A DNA stretch of 64,000 nucleotides, taken from contig NC_043019.1 in the NCBI RefSeq assembly GCF_006345805.1, positions 8,369,360 through 8,433,359 of the forward strand. The letters run 5' to 3'. Shown here in pieces: positions 27,064-39,510 of the stretch. The notes beneath the pieces are model-generated. The model saw only the letters and a program-made list of their open reading frames with translations, did not search any database and was not told the origin of the DNA. Position 1 is the stretch's first letter, and the number at the start of each line of letters is the position of its first letter. The translations under genes were made by a program, and so were the position numbers. The stretch comes from Octopus sinensis. Taxonomy: Eukaryota.

Positions 27064-27366
27064 ATTATTATTATTCAGGTCACTGCCTGGAATCGAACTC
27101 GGCATCTTGGGTTTAGTAGCTCGCGCTCTTAACCACTACACCATATACCCAAGTTCGATTCCAGGCAGTGACCTCAAAAATAAAAACATGGAGAAAGACG
27201 TTAGGAGTGAGGACCTAGGTTCGAAATTTCCCCAAGACACCTGATGAAGGCTGGAGGGTATGGTATATCAGCCGAAACGCTGTGTTAACAACAAACAAGA
27301 TGACGACAAATATCCGTCAACTGTAAATAATGTAAATAATTCTGCATCTCTTAAATATAGAACTAT
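27064..27366 (+). mobile_element. PLE family A mini-element: inverted tRNA-like cassette joined to a forward pLTR with HHR
   Basis: perfect 23-bp inverted repeat 27077-27099/27152-27174; tail is homologous to 7178-7340. Confidence 0.85.
27236..27286 (+). ncRNA. type I minimal HHR, probably inactivated (U16.1 to C)
   Basis: GACAC-CUGAUGA-A-GGCUG..CAGCC-GAAA-CGC-U-GUGUU. Confidence 0.7.
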
Positions 27367-28774
27367 ATCATATCTGTTAACTTTTTTGAGCAATAGGATG
27401 TTAGCTTCTTCATAAATTGGTCCCAAGTACGGCAACACCTATGGAAGCAGTGTGTGGAACATCAGGAGACCACATTCAAAAGTAAACCGCATATACTTAT
27501 ATATATATATATTCTATATACACATATATGTACATATACATATATACACAAACACAGACGTATATGTATATATAATGCAAGGGTGTGTGTGTATATATAT
27601 GTGTGAGTGATATGCTCGGTTATAGATCACGTTAGCAAATGCAAGTGGGCGATATCCAACTCTTTTATGCCATTAAGGAATCGTTCTAGACTATCAGAAT
27701 AAATGTATGTCGCACCAAAACATTTGATCTCTCATAATAATAATTTCGCTAGTTTTTTTGTGCTGTTTACTCAGGTAATAATCTGAAAATGAGAAATTGC
27801 ATGTCGAAATTGCAGTAAAAATAAATTAAATATTGTATCTTCAAAGGAAATGAGATCCATATAATTTGTTTTCACTCTCTTTCTGTCTATATAGACTGGC
27901 ATTCCAAAATACTAACAGATGTACATATACACCCATAGATGTCAGCGTATATGTACCTGTGAGTATATATCCGTGTATGTGGCTGGCTGTGTAGAAAGCT
28001 ACATTAATATACACATGCAGTGAATAAAACCTAAGTAGATACAAAATAAAATAATCTAGTATGCACAAAACGTGATCTAGCGAAAGATGAATCTTATCAA
28101 AAAATACACGAAATGTAATTTCATAAAGTGACACACAGACACACATCATACACAAATGCTTACATGCATACATACACACACATACATAAATATTTATAAC
28201 TATATCTGTATATGTAATTACATCTGTATCTATATATCTGAACACACAATGCATATACGTATATATACAAGCATACACATGTGAGTGTATGTGCGTCTGT
28301 GCATGGATGTATGTATGTATGTATATACACACACACACATATATGCACGAGGACGCACTATCAAATACACTAATGACAACATTGTGCATAGTCCTGAACG
28401 CTTCATTCTCTTTCGTTATGAGTGATATCAAATCGAATAAAACGAAATGAAATAAACCAAAAGAATGCTTCTGCTGTGCGTCAGAAGGAAACTCTTTTTC
28501 TCTCCATTCTTTAATTCTCTATTGAGCACCAATTTTGTTTAATTAAAATCGGTTACAGAATGACATGCAATACAATGACACATTTAGATTCACTTCTCTT
28601 TCAATGCCACACTCATTTTACGTCTGTCTGTGTGTCTCTCTCTCTTCTCCACTCTTTCAATTTAATACTTACATTTGTGGATAATACTCCTACTGCACGG
28701 ATATATATATATATATATATATCTTAAATATTTTGCTTAATTCTTCAGTTATTGCACAGTGCCATTGCTGGGGA

Positions 28775-29095
28775 AGCACCGTAGATATTTTTGTTTTTGT
28801 TTTTACTTGAATGGATCGACCCTGGTGCAAGTTATCTTAAGGTCCATATTTATTCAATCGGTCTCTTTTGCCGTAAACAAACGCGCACCGGTTGTTTAAC
28901 GGTGGTGCGAGACAAACACAGACGCAGGCAAACCGATACACGTATATAAGACCAGCTTCATTCAGTTTCCGACATTGAAATTCACGCATAAGTCATTGTC
29001 CGTCAGAGGCTGTAGTAGAAAATGTTCTCAGTTTTGTCCATGGGATTGAAACCAGAAACATAGGTTTGGGAAGAACACAGTTATGCCTGCGCCTA
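28775..29095 (-). mobile_element. SINE family 2 (diverged)
   Basis: reverse GGTCTCTTTTGCCG, TTCAGTTTCCG, GGCTGTAGTAGAAAA and TGGGATTGAAACCAGAA motifs. Confidence 0.65.
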
Positions 29096-29199
29096 GATGT
29101 GGTAAAAGATGGAAAATGGAATATACGAGAATTTATTATTAATTATTCTTTCGACACATCTACCATCGATTACTCATGGTATCGTTTTTTTATTATTAT

Positions 29200-29405
29200 G
29201 GCGGTGAGCTGGCAGAAACGTCAGCGCGCCGGGCGAAATGCTTAGCGGTATTTCGTCTGTCGTTACGTTGTGAGTTCAAATTGCGCCGAGGTCGACTTTG
29301 CTTTTCATCCTTTCGGGGTCGATAAATTTTGTATCACTTCGGGCAGGTCGATTAGATCGACCCATTACGTATCACTAAAAATTTTGGGTCTCTTGCCTAG
29401 AGTAG
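29200..29405 (+). mobile_element. SINE family 1
   Basis: well-preserved head and GCTTTTCATCCTTTCGGGGTCGATAAAT core. Confidence 0.9.
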
Positions 29406-29418
29406 AAAAGATATATAA

Positions 29419-29539
29419 TGTCACATGTTTTTATAAATCATATATTAGCGCTTGTATCTACTCGAGTAGACAGTCAAATCTGGAGAGTCTGCTAGAGTAG
29501 ATGCAAGCGCTAATATATGATTTATAAAAGTGTGTGACA
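29419..29539. mobile_element. 121-bp foldback MITE-like element with TAA flanking duplication
   Basis: 53-bp inverted arms with 6 mismatches and a 15-nt spacer; TAA at 29416-18 and 29540-42. Confidence 0.6.
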
Positions 29540-30364
29540 TAATAAAATTTCTGTAAATATAAAATTATCGTGGTTGTTGTTATTATTATTGTTATTATTA
29601 TTATTATTGTTCTTATTATTATTGTTATTATTATTTTCTCTTTTTCACAGGTTTTATTGGAGACCCTGAAGTCCTGTATGCGTAGCGAGCTTACAGCCTG
29701 CAGCTTACGGTACCACACTATTCGATCTGTTCACCTGTCTAATGCTTCTTAATAATAATAATTATTATTTACAAAATATGTGTGTATGTTCATAGACAGA
29801 TAATGGAGCACTTCGCGAATCACAGCTATGATCCAGTATGAGTATTATAAGTCTAATAGAGTGAATAAAAATCGATTTAATTGAAGAACTGAAAATTTTA
29901 TTCAATATTGCGAACCTTTCCTTAAACGAACGTTGCTTATTCCATACCAAATGTGAAGTTATAATGCATTATGTTCTATATAAACGACGTGAATAACGTT
30001 ACCCTTCATATTATATTGTAGATATATAAACAGGGTAAATTTTACCGTTTCTCTGTAATAGACGGAAAAAACGATATAAGCATTCTTCGTCGATTTTTGA
30101 GCATTATTTGATTCTAATCATTGGTGTCGAAAGAGCATGAGCAGATAAGCCGAGAGCATTCCGTATACAAAATACGATTAATCACAAAATAAAGTATAAT
30201 TCTTACAAATCTAAGAATGAGGAAATTTTGGAAAACAAAGAAGTTTTCTTGAAATAAAAACTACTTTAGTAATCTCTTCTAATAAACTTGTATTTTATAT
30301 CAAGTATTAGGCTTGATATTATAGAAATTGTAAATTTTTGCGATCATCTCCGTTTATGGGATAC

Positions 30365-30760
30365 AGTTGGTAAATAGCTTGCTTACCAACCGCATGGTTC
30401 TGGGTTCAGTCCCACTGCGTGGCACCGTGGGCAACTGTCTTCTACTATAACTGCGGGCCGACCAAAGCCTTGTTAGTGTATTTGGTAGACGGAAACTGGA
30501 AGAAGACCGTCCTATATAGACACATGAACACACACAATATATATGTTTGTGTGTCTGTGTTTGTCCCCCAACATCGCTTGACAACCAATACTCGTGTATT
30601 TATGTCCCGTAACTTATTCTATCGCTATTTTGCCAAACCACTAAGTATTAGGTTTACAAAGAATAAGTCCTGGGGTTGATTTGTTCGACTGAAGGCAGTG
30701 CTCCAGCATAGCCGCAGTCAAATGACTGAAACGAACAAAAGACTAAAGGAATATTAGATT
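30365..30760 (+). mobile_element. SINE family 2 (tRNA-derived, CORE-like)
   Basis: GGGTTCAGTCCC B-box-like motif; ACCGTGGGCAACTGTCTT resembles the CORE ACCTTGGGCAAGTCACTT. Confidence 0.85.
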
Positions 30761-30774
30761 CTAAGTAAGACCGC

Positions 30775-31072
30775 TACAAAAGACTAGCACTTATTCTAAC
30801 GGTCTGTTTTGCCGAACCGGTAGGTTACGGGTACGTAAACACACCAGCATATGTTGTCAAGCGATGTTAGGTGGGGACAAACACAGATACACATACATAT
30901 ATACCAAAGGCTACTTTTAGTTTCCGCCTACCAAATCCACTCACAAAGATTTGGTCGACCCGAGGCTATAGTAGAAGTCACTTTTGCCCAAGGTGCCACG
31001 CAGTGGGACAGAACCTGGAACCATGTGGTTGGTAAGCAAGCTACTTACCACAGAGCCACTCCTGCGCCTATC
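30775..31072 (-). mobile_element. SINE family 2
   Basis: reverse copy with intact head (AGGCGCAGGAGTGGCTCTGTGGTAAGTAGC). Confidence 0.85.
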
Positions 31073-34000
31073 TCTACATTTTACAATTTTGTCATATTTT
31101 TGATATTTTTTCTATCAATGTCTGAGCATTTGTCTCTTGATATAATTATACCTACAAAATATATATACATATGTATATCTCTGTATATGTTCATATTTGC
31201 CTTGCTATATATTATGCCACTATGCATGTGTATATGTATGTATATGTATACACACACATACACCTCTTAACTGACAAACTTCGAAGTGTTCTAGAATAAT
31301 GTTCTTGTTTAAGAATAATAAATTAATATTCTACAAAAGTATCGAGTGGCACTTCTGATTAATGGTAAATTGTTTTTATTTTAACTGAACATGAAAACAA
31401 ACATTAATATACATATATTTATACACTCATTTGTAATCGAGTCTATGGAAGTGTATGTGCGTATGTATGCGCGTTTGTATATGTATGTATGTATTTGTGT
31501 GTCATTGTGCGCATCTTCTTTTGTAGACGCTTTCCTAAACAAAAGTACATGATTATCAACTGCGATGACACTATGATTACAGACAAATATTCGTTTTTCT
31601 ATGCCTGGCTCTTGTCATAGAAACGACTCTAAGCTAGCAAATCCAATTATATTTTTAGTTTCCTTTTGTTATTTGTTAACGGGTATATTTGTTCTGTGCT
31701 GCTGGTACAGGTTATGAGACTTTGAAAGTCTAGATAATTGTATCTTCACACTGCAACACTGGCGATGCTTTTAGGTAACACATATTAATAAGTATTCAGA
31801 AATCTAACAATGGGTTATTAGTATTACTATGGTAAGCAGAATTATGAAATAGGCAATATACTATGCATTACTATATTGTAATATTATATTATCCTGCAGG
31901 CAATAAGTTGCAATATATGTAACACAATAAAGTATATTATACGTAATATAATAGTAATAATAATAATAATATATAACAAGAAGCTTTTCGAAATCAGGAA
32001 CGGAATACAGAAGCGTGTTACATACAATGCTAGTTTAAGGAATGGCATACGTATGACATATGTTCCTGTTTCGGAACGTTTGTCTTTCATGAGAATGAAG
32101 TGGAGAACTAAGCGCAGGCAGAGAGAGAGAGAGAGACAGACCGTGAGAGAGAGATACTAAGAATGAGGCCTCGAGAAAATGTTACAGTAATAGTATTTAG
32201 TTATTAAAATATTATAAAATACATATTTCGATCACATTCTGGGTTGATGTAGCGAAGATGAAACGAAGAGGCATATTTTTTCGAGGTGGAAATGCTTAAA
32301 GATGTAGAGTTTGGCATTCATATATATGTATGCATGATTTCTCTCCTGATAGTGATAACGAAACTGCCGCTCATATGAACAGCCATATTTACATATGTAT
32401 CACTGATTTTCATTTCTATTCATTGAAAACCTATTTCAAAACCGAGGTGATTTGTTGAATTGAGCAACGGATTAGTGGAGAACTGGATGTGCTGGAATTT
32501 TCTGGTCTGTGACTTCAAATGCTACCGGGAGTAACTTTGCCATTCATCATTTTGTAAGTGATGCATAATCAACAACTGCAGGACAAGGATTGTTACTCCG
32601 TCTCATAAGATGCCCCGTGATATCTGTTTCGTGCGATCTTCTAACCTCTTTGCTTTTCCTCCAAATTATCGTTTCTCCGTGAAGTGGCTGAACATGAAGA
32701 GCTTCCCATATTAAACAATTTCACGCGTTGACTCGAGCGACATTCAGATTGCATCTGCAAAATCGAGTGAATTTTGCACAATGCAAGCTAAAATCTATGG
32801 CCGAACAACAAATAGAAATAAATTTAATAAAAAAAATGTCTTGCTATTGAGTTATGATTTCAGATCCTCGTTATTGTATGTTTGGCATGTCATTGATGTA
32901 AGAAAATGCAGTTTGTTTTTCTTTTTCTGAAGGGCGTCAGAGCAGAAGGGACCAGGGTGTCCAGAGGTTTCGGTGCAGGAAGATACTGAAGAGACATATG
33001 AAGACTCCGGCATCAGCCTCAGATGATTACTTAAGAAGATTCAACGTCAAACTACGATGGACGGTCAAAGAGGAAGAAGGTATAAGGGACAAAACAATAC
33101 AACAAAGCAAATTCGACAACCAAAACCAAGATTTAATATAGGAAATACATGCATTCGAAGAGGGAGGGAGGGACGGAGAGAGAGAGTAAACGAGGGAGAA
33201 TGAGTGAGATGAATATATGAATCGACAAGACGAGGAAAAAGCCAATTATGTAGGGAATTATAATTTTGGTTGTAAACATAACCTGTTGCTCAGCACTTTT
33301 GTAGTGAACAGAATGATTTTTGCTTCAACCCCATTGGACCAATTTCCTTTCTAAGTAACATTTGGTCCTTTCTTCCTAGACGTTCAATAAGTCTGAGAGA
33401 AAAGGCGTACAGCATTACTCTTAGCAATCTGCTGTTAGTACATGTTTTTATGTTGTTCCGCTTTGAAGTCACAAAGGGACTGGCATTGTCTTTAATTATT
33501 TTACATTTATTATTATACACAATTATTCACAATTCTTGAACTTACTCGTAGTCAACTAAAAGTCACACACGCTCATATATATATACACATATACCCCATG
33601 CTGCTTCAAGAAAGGTACTATAGAAACGCACAACGAAGGAATCGCGTTAATGCTTCCTATGTTTTAACAGCGCCTATCGAATTATTCATGTAAAGAGTGT
33701 GAACGCAAATATCTTAAGCTCGGACAAGTGTGATCATAGATATAATGATAGATACAAAGGGATATTGTCTTTGATAGAATTACATGGGAAAGAACTCACT
33801 CATGTATTCTGTTATTACACTTCATTCAAAATCGTAGGATTAAAATCCTGAGATCAATAAAAACTGGCACAGTAGTCCTGGAATTACAGTTGTCTCCTGC
33901 TTAAAAGGCTGTGGCTTAAAAAGTGAATAATGTAAAACAAAAAGAAATACTAAATCATTTTTGAAAGATAAAACTACATGTTTGAAATTAAGTAAATATT

Positions 34001-34422
34001 GGGAAAATACACATGAATTTTAATGGGTTTAAATTGTTGTCTTCATTTGACAAAATTATATTTATATAATTCTTCAAAATAAATGAATTAGCATCAAAGT
34101 AGAAAAATAATTTTAATAGCTGCGGGAGTAAATTTAAATGCACTTTCACATTCTTATGTAACGAAATTATAATATTAGTAACAACAATGGCTAATTTGAA
34201 ATATTTTTCCAAAATAAATATATTCAACAGATTTGGAATTAAAAGATAAAATTACAATAAATTATTTGCTAATTGCGTTCGATATAAATAGCAATATAAT
34301 TTAGTTTAGAAAATTCACCAATTGATTACACGATAAAAAGAAATATTTATTACATCGATATTAAAATAATGTATTAAGTGGTATGTATGTGTATATATAA
34401 ATATAAGCATGTATGCATAAGA

Positions 34423-34457
<35 letters not shown>

Positions 34458-35530
34458 TACAAATGCATATGTATGTATGTATATGAATATAGTATTTGGG
34501 AAATTGAATGTGAGTGTATATATATATATATATGATGTGATATCGACAATGGAATTATTTGAGATCGGAAGCACACAGTATATCACATACAGTGTTACAT
34601 ACAGAATGGAATCAACACACGCGTACGAAAAGAAAGGCAATATTTTTCACTAAAGCTGTTATTCATAATTTAAAACAAATAAAGCGTAATTAGTATTTCT
34701 TATTTGGCAACTGCGGATAAATACACACACACACACTGACGCACACGCGCACATACGTACAATCCATTACACATACATATCTACATAATAATAGATACAT
34801 TCTTACACACATACATACATATATCGAGAGCGATATTCAATAAAGTTTGTTCTGCTGTATTCGACTTCGTGAAATCAGTTCTGTTTTGAAAAGAACTAAT
34901 AATGTCCTGCTTAATATACGATCAAATCAGTCGTTCTCGTGCATTTGTTACCAATGGAAACCTTTAATTTCCATCCTACTCTTCTGGATCTCATTTGTCT
35001 CCTACTGCGTATATAGATATATTTCTTGTAATTTTTTGTAAAATAAGTAATTAAAATATTTTGTGATTCGTAAAGGTATAATGAATTTATTGCACACAAA
35101 GCTGAACAATAAATATTAATATTGATCCCGTTTCTAATCACTTGATTTATACAGATGTGAATAGATTTGTCATTGTTTTCAGGTTGGATTAAGACTACGG
35201 TGCGGTCCTTTTCTATAACAGGTACCATCAATCGAGTGGAGATCTGCAAATGTGTATGCACAAGCTCGTTTGTCTGCAGACCTATCCGAAAGCACATTTC
35301 CCCATAATCCATGCAATGAGACTGACGCAACTAGGATGCAAGCTGCGACTACATAATAGGGAAGCAAACTCCCTAACGACTCGACTATGATGGCCTCTCG
35401 TGGTTACATGCGTTGCGTGCTAAATGTCAAAAATGTATACGGAAATCCCACTGGAAAAACAACACAAATGCAAGCATGTCAAATGGCGTAAGATACGAAG
35501 ATATATAGAGAGACGCGCATAGACATATCT

Positions 35531-35577
<47 letters not shown>

Positions 35578-35589
35578 ACACACATACTT

Positions 35590-35870
35590 TTAACTGTTAC
35601 TTGTTTCCGTCATTTGAGTGTGGCCATGCTGGAGCACCACCTTTTAGTCGAGCAAATCGAACCCCAGGACTTATTCTTTCTAAGCCTAGTACTTATTCTC
35701 TCGGTCTCTTTTGCCGAACCGCTAAATTACGGGGATGTAAACATACCAGCATCGGTTGTCAAGCGATGTTGGTGGGGACAAAGACAGACACACAAACGGA
35801 TACACATACATACATATGTATTTATACGACAGGCTTCTTTCAGTTTCCGTCAACCAAATCCACTCACGAG
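35590..35870 (-). mobile_element. SINE family 2, 5'-truncated
   Basis: clear homology to 30480-30740. Confidence 0.9.
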
Positions 35871-35929
35871 TGATAGACAGGCATGCACACACAAACGAAC
35901 ACATAATTACACACAAATACGCATAAAAT

Positions 35930-36110
35930 GTGACCTCGTGTGTACCTCTGTCTTCCCTTCTCTGGATCTTTCAACCTCCTATGTTTCCGACGAAGAGCTC
36001 CGCACGAAACGTTAAACCCTCCTTCTTTCCTGAACGTCCAATAATACTACATTTGTTCCACGTCCTCGCGTTGTTGTTTTTTTTTGTGTCTTTTCCTGTT
36101 TGGATAACAC
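35930..36110 (+). mobile_element. PLE family B solo pLTR with decayed HHR (35982-36019)
   Basis: homologous to 21225-21430; core reads CCGACGA (U4 to C) and stem II is GAG/CAC. Confidence 0.85.
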
Positions 36111-36151
36111 ACACTCCATCCATCCATCCATCCATCCATCCATCCATCCAT

Positions 36152-36195
<44 letters not shown>

Positions 36196-36639
36196 TAAAA
36201 ACCACACATGAAGACGTCTGGCTTCATGTGTGCTCTGTGTGTGATTCAGTGTCTGTGTGTGCCTGTGTTTGATTGCACCTGGTTGTTATGCTTGTACATT
36301 TCTTCCGATATTAACAGTCTATACGTGGGCGAGGGAGTGCGCCCGTGCCTGCTCCTCCTGCGCGCCCACACGGCAGTGTCTGATACCTTTATCATTTACT
36401 TGATAAATACAGTGCTTATATTGCAAGCAAATGATCATAGGGCTATATTAGCTCTATATAATTGGATCTGCCAATTTTCCAAAAACATCTTTGGACATAT
36501 AGAATTGGCAGTGTTTAGTTTCAATCTATATGACAGTTATTAATATATATACAAACTGAATGGCTTCTGTATTTGCTAAAGTGTGTGTGTGCGTGTATTT
36601 ATATATATATTTATGTACATATATACATACATGCATACT

Positions 36640-36686
<47 letters not shown>

Positions 36687-37019
36687 TTGCAACATTATTT
36701 TCCTGGAGCTGTTCCCGCGTTAAATCTCTCTATTTATTGCCGACATTAAGTAGCATAGATGCCGAGAATTTAATCTGTCTACCTTATAATATAAAATTCA
36801 TTACGGGCAATACACATAACATAACCTGTCGTACAAGCATAACACACGCATACAACACACATATATATATATGCGTGTATACATAAATATATTTAGATTT
36901 GCACATATGTATTTATGAACATATATCCGTATACATAAATACATATAAATTTACCAATGTATATTTGTATGAAAAGGGACTCGTGTGTGTGTGTGAATGA
37001 ATGAGACTCCGTTTCTGTG

Positions 37020-37056
<37 letters not shown>

Positions 37057-37089
37057 AGCATATCTTCATAAATGTATACATATACATAT

Positions 37090-37120
37090 ATAAACATAAT
37101 ATAAACATCTCTACATAAAC

Positions 37121-37152
<32 letters not shown>

Positions 37153-37555
37153 CATATCTACATAAATATATACATGTATATATAAAATATAAACATATCT
37201 ACATAAATATATACATGTATATATAAAATATAAACATATCTACATAAATATATACATGTATATATAAAATATAAACATATCTACATAAATATATACATGT
37301 ATATATATAAAATATAAACATATCTACATACATACATACATATATATATATATATAAAATATAAACATATCTACATACATACATACATATATATATATAT
37401 ATAAAATATAAACATATCTACATACATACATACATATATATATATAAAATATAAACATATCTACATACATACATACATATATATATATAAAATATAAACA
37501 TATCTACATACATACATATATATATATAAAATATAAACATATCTACATACATATA
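37090..37555. repeat. minisatellite AAAATATAAACATATCTACATA plus variable (CATA)/(TA)
   Basis: about 12 tandem units. Confidence 0.9.
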
Positions 37556-38034
37556 TATAAGTATGTGAATATGCTTGCGTGCACCTTAATATAAAATCAT
37601 CTGCACACACACACACACACAGATGCACACATTTCGTTTCAATAACCGAATGAATAAGAAAATTAAGAGATTCACTTGAATCTATCTTCCTATTAGGGAG
37701 AATGTATACACACATAATTCTTCAGCATACTCGACATCTCCCCCATAAACACGCCGTCTCCTCGCTCCTAGACAAACAGATACAAATAACAGCACTGGAT
37801 GCCATACACATACAAGCGAATGCACAAACCTTTCAATGCACTCACACATTTTTAATACTAAACGTCAGATATGTAAGCGTATGGTGCCCTTTTTTTTTAT
37901 TTATCCTTAGCATTTTAAGACGAAATGCCTAATTTAATGCTTGCTATGTGATTTGCTGTCTCTCTATATTTAACTTGTCACTTCGTCATTGAGTCTGGCA
38001 ATAATTGCGCTGGCGTCCATTAAACTTGTGGCGT

Positions 38035-38039
<5 letters not shown>

Positions 38040-38065
<26 letters not shown>

Positions 38066-38143
38066 CACAAGCATAAATGCATCATAGAAATATATATGTA
38101 CGTGTGTGTTTTGGTGTACACATACACACTTATGTATGTATGT

Positions 38144-38195
<52 letters not shown>

Positions 38196-38280
38196 AGCAT
38201 AAATGCATCATACAAATATATATATGTACGTGTGTTTTTGTGTACACATATACACTTATGTATGTATGTATATTATATAT
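38040..38280. repeat. local tandem duplication of about 125 bp
   Basis: ACACAAGCATAAATGCATCATA..CACTTATGTATGTATG occurs twice. Confidence 0.85.
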
Positions 38281-38494
38281 ATATATATATACTTGTTTAT
38301 AAGCATATAAATGTGTATATATTTATATTTATCCGTATATTGTATATATATACTTGTATGTTTGTGTGTGTGTGTTTACGCACATATACATACATACACA
38401 TATATGTATGTGTATATATATATATATATATGCATATATATTTATGTATGCATATACATATGTATATATATATATATATATGCATGTGTATATC

Positions 38495-38529
<35 letters not shown>

Positions 38530-38869
38530 GTATATCTATATATATATATGAGTGTGTGTGTGTGTGTGCGTGTGTATGTTTATGCACCATGTTATTTTAA
38601 GCGATCTGACTTCTTGGAAGAGGGGAACTGTTGCCTAAACAAGGTGAAAATGTCTCCTGTTTCTTGATTGCGAATGTTGTGAGTGTGCTAACAGGTTGAT
38701 TTCAATTTCCAGAAGGTCAGTCCTTTTTTTGTACCATGTATGGTATATACAATTCACACCAAATTGCACTCATAACTGCACTGATAGACATATGTGTATG
38801 GTGCTGTATACACATACACGGACACACATGTATAGATACGTACATAAAATCATTTTCCCTGCTACAGTA

Positions 38870-39510
38870 ACACCTGCCTGTGCCGTCGAATAATATCAGT
38901 GACTTCGGTGCAACAGCAGACAGCAAGATGTGCTGGATTGCACAATATTTTCATGGATCCTCGGAACAGTTCGATCTAGATATTATGAAAGCACCAGGCT
39001 TCTCTCATCCCTATTTGCTAGGCCTCACCTCGAATACTGCTACCCACTCTGATCCCCAAACATAAAGCATAATATAATAACGATTGTCGCGCTGCAGAGA
39101 TTAATTATAAGAATTAGATTGCATGACTGGCCTTGATTACTGGGCTCACTTGCGAAGGTTGAAACATTCTCTCCAACGCCGATCTGAGGGACTTATTATT
39201 TGTACAAACTAGAAAATATACCATCAATATTACCCGAAACAATGCCGGTATCTATTTTCTGAGTAACCCAAGGAGAGAGACTTACGCATCCTACAAAAGT
39301 GGAATTCACATCACATAAGAACATTGCAACGCAACTATTTGTTTTTCTTTTACCTCAGATGGTCCCGCTTCACTGAAAAGAATTTCGAAAGATTTTGAAG
39401 TAGAAAAATGTTCGAATGGACATAATCTAGCAAGAAGTCTCAGAGAAGCCATCTGGACATATTCCACCAAGATGTATTAGACAAGCCATCAACACATGGA
39501 TACGTTCAGT
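38870..39510 (+). mobile_element. CR1/L2-type LINE 3' fragment
   Basis: RPHLEYCYPL*SP..DYWAHLRRLKHSLQRR resembles LVRPHLEYCxxVWSP..LSYWERLxxLxxxSLQRR. Confidence 0.8.

Noticed and set aside
32933-33079. 147-nt open segment between AG and GT (RQSRRDQGVQRFRCRKILKRH...)
   Set aside because: Weak donor (GTATAA), no recognisable protein, and another frame resembles a TE remnant.
37090-37555. CRISPR-like repeat-spacer appearance (also 51310-51725)
   Set aside because: Spacers are only variable (TA)n, there are no cas genes, and the context is eukaryotic.
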